Assembly: GCA_036170655.1 (NCBI GenBank)
Contig: JAVHPP010000003.1
Coordinates: 2,741-64,408, forward strand
DNA length: 61,668 nucleotides
Direction: 5' to 3'
From: Candidatus Zixiibacteriota bacterium
Lineage (GTDB): Bacteria > Zixibacteria > MSB-5A5 > WJJR01
Every line of letters starts with the position of its first letter. Within the stretch, counting starts at the first letter, position 1. The translations under genes were made by a program, and so were the position numbers. The notes under the pieces are model-generated. The model was given only the letters and a program-made list of their open reading frames with translations, was not told the origin of the DNA and did not search any database. Shown in pieces: positions 8,066 to 17,354 of the stretch.

Positions 8066-9777
8066 TCCCTTCCGTTATGACCTCTCAAGACCACAGTCTG
8101 ATCGTTGCAGCCGCCTCCGGAGAAGATGAGCGGGCCGAGGCGACGCCTCCCTCAAGCGGGATCGGTCTGCGTGGATTGCTGTCGTTGTTCGTTGGCATGG
8201 CGCTGGTGGCTCTTTCAATCTGGTACGTGCGGAGTGATTCCCGGTACCAGGCGGCGGAGAACCTGAGCGCAGCGGCGCGAATCGTTCTGGAACGCGCGGC
8301 CGTCCCGGTTGATGCCTCGCAGATTGCCGAAGCCGCTGCACGCGGGCTGACGTCGGTCCTCGATCCCTATTCCTCGTTCCTCTCACCCGACGAGTATGAG
8401 TCGTTCACCGAACAGACCGAAGGAGAGTATGTCGGGATCGGCGCGGAGATCACCGCCCGCGATGGCGCCATCATCGTCTACAATGTTTTCCCGCTGTCAC
8501 CGGCGGCCGATGTCTTCATCCGTCCCGGGGACCGGATCGTTGCCATCGACGGGGAATCCACCGCGGGGCTGCTGCCGGCACGTGTTGTCCAGCGAATCAA
8601 GGGACCAGCCGGGGCCGAAGTCACCATAACCGTTCAATCCCCCGGCGGCGCTCCACGGACCGTGCATCTCGCTCGCCGCACCGTGGCGGTCAATGTGTTC
8701 CCGATCGTCGGGATCACGCGATCAGGTGTTGCCTATATCCGTTGGACTCAATTCACAACGGGCTCGGGAGATCGTCTTGCGGCTCTCGTCGAAGACCTGT
8801 TGGTGGATCGGCCAATTGGGATTGTCCTTGACCTGCGTGGGAATCCGGGGGGACTCCTCGATGAGGCGGTCAGCGCCGCCGGCGTCTTCCTTCCCGCCGG
8901 AACACCTGTTTGTCGACTTGTCGGCCGGAACGCCGCGACGACCACGGAACTTGTGACGGAGGCGCCCACATCTTCCTATCAAGGCCCTTTGGTCGTTATT
9001 CAGGACGCGTCTACGGCATCGGCGTCGGAAGTGCTGGTCGGAGCCTTCCGCGATGCGTCGCGATCACTCGTCATCGGTCGGCGGAGCTTCGGGAAGGGTT
9101 GGGTGCAAACCGTAGCGCCGTTGGGCAGTATGGGCGCCCTGCGGCTCTCGACGGCACGCTACGCTACTCCGGGAGGATCCATGGTGGGGGACCCGCGCCT
9201 CGCACGCGCTCAGTATGATTCTATTTTGGACGGATTTACTCCCGGTGGTACCGGACTGGATCCCGACGTTGATCTCCCTGCTCCCCTCGTGGGACCATGG
9301 GAGTCTGAGTTCCTCAAGGCAGGGTTGTTCTCAGATTACGTCGCGGTCAATGCGGATGACTGGTCTGCCGCCGGGGCAGAGGACTCGACATATCTACTTG
9401 ATGCATTGACCCGATGGCGTGACAGCCTGGGTTTGTATCCATCGGGTCCGGGCATGATGCTGATGAGCCGCGTGAAATTGGAACGCGATTCCTCGAATCC
9501 GTCGCCTCTGCGGGACAGTATTCTCTCAACGCTGGTGTCAACGATGTCCGAAGACGGAGACCTGCTCTTCCGGCGTGAAGGCAGGCATCTGCTGCGTCGC
9601 CTCTGGGAGGAGCGTCTTTTGTCCGTGAGTGATGCCGATCCCGGTGAGTTGGAAGCGATGATCGAATTTGACACCGACTTAGCCGTGGCGCGTGACTTGA
9701 TTGAGCAGCCTGAACGGTACCGTTTGCTCCTCGAGAATGCGCGTGCGGGAGACCATGCGAACGTTGTGTCACGTTGA
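8050..9777 (+). CDS. S41 family C-terminal processing peptidase with PDZ domain, N-terminal TM anchor and a ~190-aa C-terminal extension
   Basis: PDZ-like GDRIVAIDGES, a catalytic Ser context (ASTASASEVLVGAF) and RRSFGKG (Lys). An alternative start lies at 8077. Confidence 0.8.
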   Translation: MDPPLIPSVMTSQDHSLIVAAASGEDERAEATPPSSGIGLRGLLSLFVGMALVALSIWYVRSDSRYQAAENLSAAARIVLERAAVPVDASQIAEAAARGLTSVLDPYSSFLSPDEYESFTEQTEGEYVGIGAEITARDGAIIVYNVFPLSPAADVFIRPGDRIVAIDGESTAGLLPARVVQRIKGPAGAEVTITVQSPGGAPRTVHLARRTVAVNVFPIVGITRSGVAYIRWTQFTTGSGDRLAALVEDLLVDRPIGIVLDLRGNPGGLLDEAVSAAGVFLPAGTPVCRLVGRNAATTTELVTEAPTSSYQGPLVVIQDASTASASEVLVGAFRDASRSLVIGRRSFGKGWVQTVAPLGSMGALRLSTARYATPGGSMVGDPRLARAQYDSILDGFTPGGTGLDPDVDLPAPLVGPWESEFLKAGLFSDYVAVNADDWSAAGAEDSTYLLDALTRWRDSLGLYPSGPGMMLMSRVKLERDSSNPSPLRDSILSTLVSTMSEDGDLLFRREGRHLLRRLWEERLLSVSDADPGELEAMIEFDTDLAVARDLIEQPERYRLLLENARAGDHANVVSR

Positions 9778-9905
9778 CTGTCGCCGCCTGCCTGGCGGGC
9801 GGATACTTCTTGGGATGACGACTTCCCCGTTTTATTATGAATGTTCTTCGGTGAGAACAGGAATTGTTCTTCTGAAGGCGGAGCTTTTTTGAGGGGCGGA
9901 GGGAT

Positions 9906-12419
9906 ATGGCAGCCGAAAGGCGATGTGATGCGGTCGTGATGGCGGGCGGGTTTGGAACTCGGCTCAAGCCGCTGACCGTATCGCTCCCCAAGCCGATGGT
10001 CCCGGTGGGGAACCGCCCGTTGATGGAGTACACCCTCGATCTTCTCGCGTCTCATGGGTTCACGAATGTTCTCGTTCTGCTCTATTTTCAGCCCGAGACG
10101 ATTGTGCAGCATTTTGGGGATGGAAAACGGTTTGGTGTTCATCTGGAGTACCTCCGCCCTAACGCCGACTATGGTACGGCAGGAAGTGTGCGCTATGCCC
10201 TCCAGCGGCTGGCGGACCGATTCCTGGTCATTTCCGCGGATATTCTCACGGACATCGATCTGACCGCGGCCGTGGATTTCCACTGTGGTGTGAAGGCTGA
10301 AGCGACTCTGGTGCTGTCTCACCGCGATAATCCACTCCCTTACGGGATTGTAGTGACCGACACATCCGGACGAATCGTGCGATTCCTCGAGAAACCATCC
10401 TGGGGGGAGGTCTTCTCTGACACAATCAATACCGGCATTTACATCCTGGACAAGTCGCTGTTCGCTGAATGGCCGGCGGAGCAGTTCATGGATTTTGGCA
10501 AGGACGTTTTTCCGCAGTCGCTGGCGCGCGGACGCCGCCTGTTTGGATACGCGAGTTCCGGGTACTGGAGAGATGTCGGCAACCTGACCGATTATGCCGC
10601 CGCGAATCAGGATTTTCTCGACGATCGTGTGTCGGTCCAGAAGCCTTACCCCGAACTGTCTCGGGGGGGGGCCCGGCTGGTGGCTCCGCCTGATTGTCTG
10701 ATCGCAGCCGATGCAGTCTTCGAGGGGACTGTGGTGCTGGGTGGTCGCGTGTCCATCGGTGCGGGCGCCCGCATCTCCGATTCAACCATCGGTGACGGAT
10801 CGGTAATTGGCGCCGGCTCTCAGATCAGGCGGTCAGTCCTCTGGTCGGCGGTTACCGTGGGTAGCCAGTCAGTTTTGGATGAGGCCATCCTCCAGACGGG
10901 TGTGCGCCTGGGCGACAATGTGAGTCTGATGGAACGGACGATTGTCTCGGAGCTGTGCCGCATCGGATCGAATGTCACGGTCAAGACCAATTGCCGCATC
11001 TGGCCACGCAAACGCATCGAGGATGGCGCCACTGTTTCCTCGAGCATTGTCTGGGGGGAACAGTACAATCGGGAACTGTTCACAGACGCCAAAGTCAGCG
11101 GACTGACAAATCGGGAGATCACGCCCGAGTTTGCCGCCCGATTGGGGGCTGCCTTTGCTTCGCTGTTCGAGATGAAGGGAACTGTCGTTTTGGCCCGGGA
11201 TCGTTCCTTCGAGGGTCGCACAGTGGCGGAGGCGTTCAAGGCCGGCATGAGCTCCTCGGGTGTCAACACGCGCGATCTGCGGGACACGATCGTCCCGATC
11301 GTTCGCTTCGACCTGAAACAGGGGGGAGGGCTAGCCGGGGCCTATGTGCGCTCGGCGCCGGAAGATCCGGAATCGACCGATATCATCTTCTTTGATCGTG
11401 AGGGGTTTGATCTCCCCGTCGGCACGACACAGTCAATAGAGCGGCTGTTTTTCAGCGAGGATTTCCGTCGCGCCAACGCCTCGGCCATTGGCTCAATTGG
11501 CTACCCTGACCAGATCCTCGGACAATACCGAGAGGCTTTTCTTCAGCAGATCGATGTGGACCTCATCCGGGCCCGCAAGCTGCGCGTTGTCGTCGATTAC
11601 AACGGAGGGCTGGCCAGCACGATTCTGCCGTCAATCATGTCTGAGATCGGCGTCGAAACAGTGTCGCTCAATGTAGTGTCCGGCAGCATCGAGGCCGGCG
11701 AACCCAAACATGACTATGGCCTCCTCTCGCGCATCGTCAAGGCCTTGGAGTACGATTTGGGCGTCTCCATAAGCTCACCGGGGGAGAAGATTGTCGTCGT
11801 CGACAGAAATGGGAGCGTCTTATCATCCCAGCATCTTCTCTTGGTCATGGCTGTGCTTTTCTGGAAAACGCATCAAGGCGGCACGATTGCATGTCCCGTC
11901 ACGGCCACTGCGCAAATGGAGAAACTGGCGGTGAATGCCGGTGGCAAAGTGATCCGGGTGCGCAATGACCATTTGGCGATGATGCGCGCTGCGGCGTCCG
12001 GTTCTGTCGATTTCGTGGCCGGAACACGGGGTGGCTTCATTCTGCCGCCGTGGCAACGTGGAGCGGATGCCATGATCACCCTGGCGCATCTTCTCGAGTC
12101 CTTGGCCGCGAGCGAGGACGACCTGACCAACATCGCGGCCACTGTTCGTCCCGGTGCCTTTCTGGAAAAACGCATCTCTTGTCCTTGGAATCAGAAAGGC
12201 AAATTGATGCGGTGCCTTCTGGATTCAACGCCAGAAACGCAACGACAACTCGTTGATGGTGTGAGGCTTACGAGTGATATTGGCGCTGTCTGGATGGCTC
12301 CCGACCGAAGAACCGCGCACTTTATTATCCAAGCCGAAGCGGCAAACCGCGAAAATGCTGAGGCTCTGACCGCCGAATGGAGTGCCCGACTGGTTGTTTG
12401 GCGAGACTCATCAAAATGA
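9906..12419 (+). CDS. sugar-1-phosphate nucleotidyltransferase - left-handed beta-helix - phosphohexomutase-like fusion protein; the mutase loops are degenerate
   Basis: N-terminus VVMAGGFGTRLKPLTVSLPKPMVP, hexapeptide repeats around residues 270-380, and a C-terminal four-domain phosphomannomutase-like layout (details in the findings). Confidence 0.8.
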   Translation: MAAERRCDAVVMAGGFGTRLKPLTVSLPKPMVPVGNRPLMEYTLDLLASHGFTNVLVLLYFQPETIVQHFGDGKRFGVHLEYLRPNADYGTAGSVRYALQRLADRFLVISADILTDIDLTAAVDFHCGVKAEATLVLSHRDNPLPYGIVVTDTSGRIVRFLEKPSWGEVFSDTINTGIYILDKSLFAEWPAEQFMDFGKDVFPQSLARGRRLFGYASSGYWRDVGNLTDYAAANQDFLDDRVSVQKPYPELSRGGARLVAPPDCLIAADAVFEGTVVLGGRVSIGAGARISDSTIGDGSVIGAGSQIRRSVLWSAVTVGSQSVLDEAILQTGVRLGDNVSLMERTIVSELCRIGSNVTVKTNCRIWPRKRIEDGATVSSSIVWGEQYNRELFTDAKVSGLTNREITPEFAARLGAAFASLFEMKGTVVLARDRSFEGRTVAEAFKAGMSSSGVNTRDLRDTIVPIVRFDLKQGGGLAGAYVRSAPEDPESTDIIFFDREGFDLPVGTTQSIERLFFSEDFRRANASAIGSIGYPDQILGQYREAFLQQIDVDLIRARKLRVVVDYNGGLASTILPSIMSEIGVETVSLNVVSGSIEAGEPKHDYGLLSRIVKALEYDLGVSISSPGEKIVVVDRNGSVLSSQHLLLVMAVLFWKTHQGGTIACPVTATAQMEKLAVNAGGKVIRVRNDHLAMMRAAASGSVDFVAGTRGGFILPPWQRGADAMITLAHLLESLAASEDDLTNIAATVRPGAFLEKRISCPWNQKGKLMRCLLDSTPETQRQLVDGVRLTSDIGAVWMAPDRRTAHFIIQAEAANRENAEALTAEWSARLVVWRDSSK

Positions 12420-12507
12420 GAGCCTGCTCCCATGCAGCCCGGCCTCTCGGCGCACATTTAGGATTCTGCCACTTGGGTAACCCTGATGTTTCTCCCGGTT
12501 AGTTTGC

Positions 12508-12536
12508 TTGACTGAGGGGCCAGAGACATAAATATT
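12508..12536 (+). promoter_or_regulatory. candidate sigma70-type promoter for the polysaccharide locus
   Basis: TTGACT, a 17-nt spacer, then AATATT, about 30 nt upstream of the first gene's start and its GAGGAAG Shine-Dalgarno motif. Confidence 0.35.
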
Positions 12537-12563
12537 GCTCTTTCGTTTGAGGAAGCGACGACA

Positions 12564-14225
12564 GTGCCCATGCCAACCCCAGCAAGTCTCAGTGCTCAGA
12601 AGGGCTTGCAGGCCATGGCTCAGGGCTCGGGTCGCATGCTCCTATCTATCCTCTTGATACTGAACGCATTTCCCGTTTCGGGTGCGGCCAAGGTCCGGCC
12701 TGACGCATCGTCTGGAGACACACCGGATACCCGTCCCCAAGAATCTATGACAGCGGAGTCGGGCAAGCCGAATCCTGTGTATCTGGATCGCGTGATCGAC
12801 TACAACGAGTACAAGGTTGGTCCGGGCGATCGCTTCATGGTCAACATTATGGGGGAGACGCCCGCGGAGTATGATGTGAGCATCACGCCTGAGGGCACGA
12901 TCGTTGTGCCGTCGGTCGGCGTGATTTCGGTCAAGGGTCAGACGCTGGCTCAGGCCCGGACCGGTTTGGCGGTGATTCTAAAGCAGTTCTTCCCCAAGAG
13001 CACCGTCAGTGTGTCCCTGATCGATGTGCGGCGATTTCGTGTCGCTGTCACTGGCGCTGTGAAAAATCCAGGGCTGCATATCGTGACCGCCAATACCCGC
13101 GCGACGGAAGCGGTCAAGGAAGCCGTTCCGGATGAGATCGCGACGACCCGCTCGATTCGTCTGTTGCGTGGCGGTAAGGACTTGCGTGTCGACATGGTGA
13201 TGTTCGATCGCTTGGGAATCGCCGACAGCAATCCTTACCTGGAAGAAGGCGACGTCGTCAACGTACCTGCGCGAAACCAAAAATGGGGTTTCATTGAGAT
13301 CGATGGCGCTGTCAATGCCCCCGATCTGATAGAATTTGCTGAGGGCGACAAAGTTGGTGACTTAATCCGGCTTGCCTATGGTCTCTCCCCGAATGCCGAC
13401 ACGACACGATTGGAATTGTGGCGCTTTCGTCCGGGAGAAAGCGAAGCGCGCCGTGTCGAGTGGTCTGCAGGAGCCACATACAGCGAGTGGCGCAATACAT
13501 CTTTGATGCAGGATGATCGCGTCATCGTGCGTGGGTTCGAGAACTACCATGAGAAGTTGTCCGTCAAATTAAATGGGGAAGTCAAACGGCCGGGTCTGTA
13601 TGCCTTTCCGAAGCGCCAGGTCTCCTTGCGCGAGGTGATAGACTCTGCTGGTGGATTCACTCCCAGTGCCGATCTGCAGCATGCGACTGCTGTGAGGACG
13701 CGGCTCCCCGATTGGCTGGTCGACTACAAGAAGCGCGTCGATCAGATGCCGGTGGAACTGCGGTCCCGTTCGGAGAACGAGTGGCTTTCCGCCAGTGCAC
13801 TCAGTGCTCCGGGACGCGTCGCCACGGATTTCACATGCCTTTTCGTGCATCAGGACACTTCCTGCAACGTGATGCTCTATGACGGAGACCAGGTGATCGT
13901 CCCCCGCCAATCGGACTATGTCAACGTGATTGGCCGTGTGGCCCAGCCGGGTCTGATCGCGCTACAACCGGGCGCGGACGTCACCTACTATCTTCAGCGT
14001 GCGGGCGGTTATGCCTGGCGTGCCGATCGTGGGGGGACTTTCCTCGTGAAGGGTGGGACGGGGACGGCGCTGAAAAAGGGCCAGATTAGGACGATCGACG
14101 CCGGCGACATTCTTGTTGTCCCCACGGCAAAGGACAAGAAGTTTTGGAGCAGCGTCAAAGAAACACTCATTGTGGCATCCAACATCGCCACGATCTATCT
14201 CGTGATCCGGCAGGCGACGCGATGA
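12564..14225 (+). CDS. polysaccharide export protein (Wza-like, Poly_export plus SLBB repeats)
   Basis: YKVGPGDRFMVNIMGE...ITPEGTIVVPSVGVISVKGQTLAQAR and repeated soluble-ligand-binding beta-grasp-like segments. Signal-like segment LLSILLILNAFPVSGAA. Confidence 0.8.
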   Translation: MPMPTPASLSAQKGLQAMAQGSGRMLLSILLILNAFPVSGAAKVRPDASSGDTPDTRPQESMTAESGKPNPVYLDRVIDYNEYKVGPGDRFMVNIMGETPAEYDVSITPEGTIVVPSVGVISVKGQTLAQARTGLAVILKQFFPKSTVSVSLIDVRRFRVAVTGAVKNPGLHIVTANTRATEAVKEAVPDEIATTRSIRLLRGGKDLRVDMVMFDRLGIADSNPYLEEGDVVNVPARNQKWGFIEIDGAVNAPDLIEFAEGDKVGDLIRLAYGLSPNADTTRLELWRFRPGESEARRVEWSAGATYSEWRNTSLMQDDRVIVRGFENYHEKLSVKLNGEVKRPGLYAFPKRQVSLREVIDSAGGFTPSADLQHATAVRTRLPDWLVDYKKRVDQMPVELRSRSENEWLSASALSAPGRVATDFTCLFVHQDTSCNVMLYDGDQVIVPRQSDYVNVIGRVAQPGLIALQPGADVTYYLQRAGGYAWRADRGGTFLVKGGTGTALKKGQIRTIDAGDILVVPTAKDKKFWSSVKETLIVASNIATIYLVIRQATR

Positions 14226-15472
14226 CCAGCGAGCACGGGGCCCAGCCATCGGCGGGCGGCGTTCCGCCCCCGCTTCGTTCCCGGAGCTTGGACGATGTAC
14301 CGCCCGGAGCGTTGCGCGTCATCGCGGTACTTGTTCGGGAGCGCCACCTCCTTTGGCGCTATCCCTTCGCCGTAACCCTCATCGTCGTTCTCCTATCCTT
14401 CCTCTTTCCCAACAGCTACAAGTCATCTGTCAGTGTCCTTCCTCCGGAGCGGGATTTCCAAACAATGAGTGTCCCGATGGGCGATCTCAAGAGTCTGGCT
14501 ATCGGTGGAATGGCGCTGCCGCTGATGGCGACGCCATCAGATATCCTGGCGGCCGTCATTACGTCCCGTACCGTGCGAGATTCTGTTGTGGTGCGTCTGT
14601 CCCTCGCTCGGCACTGGGGCACCACCTTCCCAAAAGCGGTCAAGGCCCTCGAATCTGGCAGCGGGGTCAAAGTGGCGCAAACCGGGATTATTGACGCATG
14701 GGCCACCAGCACAGACCGCTTCTTTGCGGACACGCTGGCCAATGCCTTGGTGGATGAAGCCGATCGTTTGAATCGCGCGATCGTCAACACCAAGGGACGC
14801 CGGACACGCGAGTTCGTGGAAAAACGTCTCGAGGAGACCAAATCCCAATTGGTGACGGCAACGGATGCCTTGAGGCAGTTCCAGCGAGAGAACCACACGG
14901 TTGCTCTCGAAGCACAGGTCAGCGCCTTGGTCGAGAATGCTGCGAAGCTGAAAGCCCAGTTGACTGCTGACGAGATCGAGTTGTCCGTTCTGGAGGGCTC
15001 GCTATCGTCTGAGCACTATCGTGTCCAGCAGCTCAGTTCGCGGATCAGGGAGACGCGCCGACACCTTGATGAGATGGAACAAACAGCCGTTGGCGATTCG
15101 ACTCAGGGAAGCGGCGGCGGAATCAGCGGATTACCGCGTCTCGGGCAGCAACTGGCGGAAAAATTGCGCGACGTGAAAATCGCCGAGGCGCTCTACATGC
15201 TGCTGACTGAGCAATACGAGAACGCCCGTATCCAGGAACGGCGTGACACGCCATCCTTTTCAATCCTCGATCATGCCTCCGGGGGCGGGGTGAAGGTCCG
15301 GCCCAAACGGACGGTCTTGGGTGCCGCCACATTTGTTGTCGCACTCGGGCTGGTGATTGCATTGGTTATGGTACGCGAGTTCTTCGCCCGGCTGGCGGTG
15401 ACCGATCCCGAGCGGCACCGTGCAACGCGGGCGATCTGGGAATCTCTGCGCCAGACGCGTAGGCAGAAATAG
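14222..15472 (+). CDS. chain-length determinant / polysaccharide co-polymerase (Wzz/GumC-like), no kinase domain
   Basis: Two TM segments flank a coiled-coil periplasmic region. N-terminal Wzz-like segment YKSSVSVLPPE. ATGA overlap with the upstream gene. Confidence 0.7.
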   Translation: MTSEHGAQPSAGGVPPPLRSRSLDDVPPGALRVIAVLVRERHLLWRYPFAVTLIVVLLSFLFPNSYKSSVSVLPPERDFQTMSVPMGDLKSLAIGGMALPLMATPSDILAAVITSRTVRDSVVVRLSLARHWGTTFPKAVKALESGSGVKVAQTGIIDAWATSTDRFFADTLANALVDEADRLNRAIVNTKGRRTREFVEKRLEETKSQLVTATDALRQFQRENHTVALEAQVSALVENAAKLKAQLTADEIELSVLEGSLSSEHYRVQQLSSRIRETRRHLDEMEQTAVGDSTQGSGGGISGLPRLGQQLAEKLRDVKIAEALYMLLTEQYENARIQERRDTPSFSILDHASGGGVKVRPKRTVLGAATFVVALGLVIALVMVREFFARLAVTDPERHRATRAIWESLRQTRRQK

Positions 15473-15510
15473 CGGCAACTCTTTGCGTCTGGGACAATGA
15501 GGCCTTCAAA

Positions 15511-16539
15511 ATGAGCGACAATCGGCCAGTACGTGTGGGTATGATCGGGCTGGGAGCATGGGGAAAGAATCTCCTGCGGGAGTTCTCGCGTGGAATTCAT
15601 TCCGTTGTGCCCATCGCCTGCGATGCGGTTGCGGATGCCCGGGAAAGGGCGAAACTGCAGTACCCGGGTCTCGTGGTGACCGACAAGATCGAGCAGGTTC
15701 TGGATTCGGATGTTGCGGCTGTGGTCGTCGCCACCCCGCCGGCCAGCCATTACGCGATCGCCGCCGCGGCCATCAGTCATGGCAAGGATGTGTTTGTCGA
15801 AAAGCCGCTGGTGCTTGACGTGAGTGAAGGGGAGCGCCTGGTCGATCAAGCGGACAAGGCTGGACGGATTCTGATGGTTGGTCACATCATGGAGTACCAT
15901 CCGGCCGTGGAGTGGCTGAAACAGCATATCCGCGAAGATGGATTGGGCAAGATTCTCTATCTCTACGCAGCACGGGTCAATCTGGGGAAGCTCCGCGATA
16001 TCGAAAATGCGATGTGGTCCTTTGCGCCGCACGACATCTCCATGATCTCGTATCTGCTGGATGAATACCCCCGGCGTGTCGCCGCGGTCGGCCAATCATA
16101 TCTTCGTCCCGGCATCGAGGACGTCGTCTTCCTTACCATGTGGTACGACGGTAAGTTGATGGCCCATGTCCATACGAGCTGGCTCGATCCCCACAAAGTG
16201 AGGTCGCTGACCATTGTCGGCCAGAAACGGATGGCCGTTTTCTCGGACACCGAACCCGCAGAGAAAATCAAGATATTCGACAAGGGTGTTGACGTCACCA
16301 CCGACTACAATACCTATGCTGAGTACCTGACTCTTCGGGCGGGGGGAGTGCATATTCCCCGCGTGGATAATTCCGAACCGCTGTCGGTCGAATGCCGTCA
16401 TTTCCTCGACCGGATCCGAGACCGCCGCCCCCCCCGTTCGGATGGACGCGACGGCGTCCGGGTTCTTCGGGTGCTCGCTGCCGCGCAGCAATCTCTCGAA
16501 TCGGGGGGAACCCCGGTCGACATTCCCGCCCTCAAATAG
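15511..16539 (+). CDS. Gfo/Idh/MocA-family oxidoreductase (WbpB-like UDP-sugar 3-dehydrogenase)
   Basis: VRVGMIGLGAWGKN Rossmann N-terminus and DVFVEKPL; the context is the acetyltransferase and aminotransferase that follow. Confidence 0.8.
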   Translation: MSDNRPVRVGMIGLGAWGKNLLREFSRGIHSVVPIACDAVADARERAKLQYPGLVVTDKIEQVLDSDVAAVVVATPPASHYAIAAAAISHGKDVFVEKPLVLDVSEGERLVDQADKAGRILMVGHIMEYHPAVEWLKQHIREDGLGKILYLYAARVNLGKLRDIENAMWSFAPHDISMISYLLDEYPRRVAAVGQSYLRPGIEDVVFLTMWYDGKLMAHVHTSWLDPHKVRSLTIVGQKRMAVFSDTEPAEKIKIFDKGVDVTTDYNTYAEYLTLRAGGVHIPRVDNSEPLSVECRHFLDRIRDRRPPRSDGRDGVRVLRVLAAAQQSLESGGTPVDIPALK

Positions 16540-16550
16540 GAGAGAAGATC

Positions 16551-17321
16551 GTGAGTATCATCATCGACCCGACCGCCCGCGTTGCCGAAGGCATCCGCTG
16601 GGGAGAGTTCTGTGTTGTTGGTCCGCGTGTTGAGATCGGTTCCGGCTGCGAAGTCGGCAATCATGTCGTTTTGGGGGCCGACACGACCATTGGGACCGGC
16701 GTGCGCATTGACGACGGAGCCGTCATCGGAAAACTGCCCATGCGCGCCGCCAACACCGCGGTTACCAAACTGACCGAGCTGCCGCCATCGCGCATCGGCA
16801 ACGGTGCCATCATCGGCACGCACGTCGTCATTTATCGTGGCGCAACCATCGGCGCCCGGGTCCTGATTGCTGACCTGGCGACGGTCCGAGAAAACGTCAC
16901 GATTGGCGACTTTACCATAGTGGGACGCGGCGTTGCTATTGAGAACTTCTGCAAGATCGGATGCTACTGCAAACTGGAGACGAATGTCTATATTACCGCT
17001 TATTCGGTGCTTGGTGACCGCGTTTTTGTCGCTCCCGGTGTGCTGACGTCCAACGACAATTTCGTGGGACGGACCGAAGAACGTTTCAAGCACTTCAAGG
17101 GAGTCACCATTGGCCGGGGGGGGCGTCTCGGTGTCGGCTCTGTCATCCTTCCCGGAAAAGCGATTGGGGATGATGCGCTGGTCGCCGCCGGAGCCCTGCT
17201 GACCAAAGATGCTCCGGCGAAGACGATCATGGCCGGTGTTCCGGCAAGTCCCATGCGCCCTGTCCCCGTGGAGCAGTTGCTGGATGCACAGAATTGGCCC
17301 GATGTTCAGAAGAAACCGTGA
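16551..17321 (+). CDS. hexapeptide-repeat N-acetyltransferase (WbpD-like)
   Basis: Continuous left-handed beta-helix hexapeptide repeats. GTG start 6 nt after an AGGAGAG Shine-Dalgarno motif. Confidence 0.75.
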   Translation: MSIIIDPTARVAEGIRWGEFCVVGPRVEIGSGCEVGNHVVLGADTTIGTGVRIDDGAVIGKLPMRAANTAVTKLTELPPSRIGNGAIIGTHVVIYRGATIGARVLIADLATVRENVTIGDFTIVGRGVAIENFCKIGCYCKLETNVYITAYSVLGDRVFVAPGVLTSNDNFVGRTEERFKHFKGVTIGRGGRLGVGSVILPGKAIGDDALVAAGALLTKDAPAKTIMAGVPASPMRPVPVEQLLDAQNWPDVQKKP

Positions 17322-17354
17322 ACGTACGCACATCCGATATGTGAGGAAATCACA

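Noticed and set aside
9336-10322. 328-aa and 228-aa minus-strand ORFs spanning the S41 protease / nucleotidyltransferase junction
   Set aside because: They are low-complexity Arg/Ser-rich translations with no start context, and they overlap supported + strand genes.
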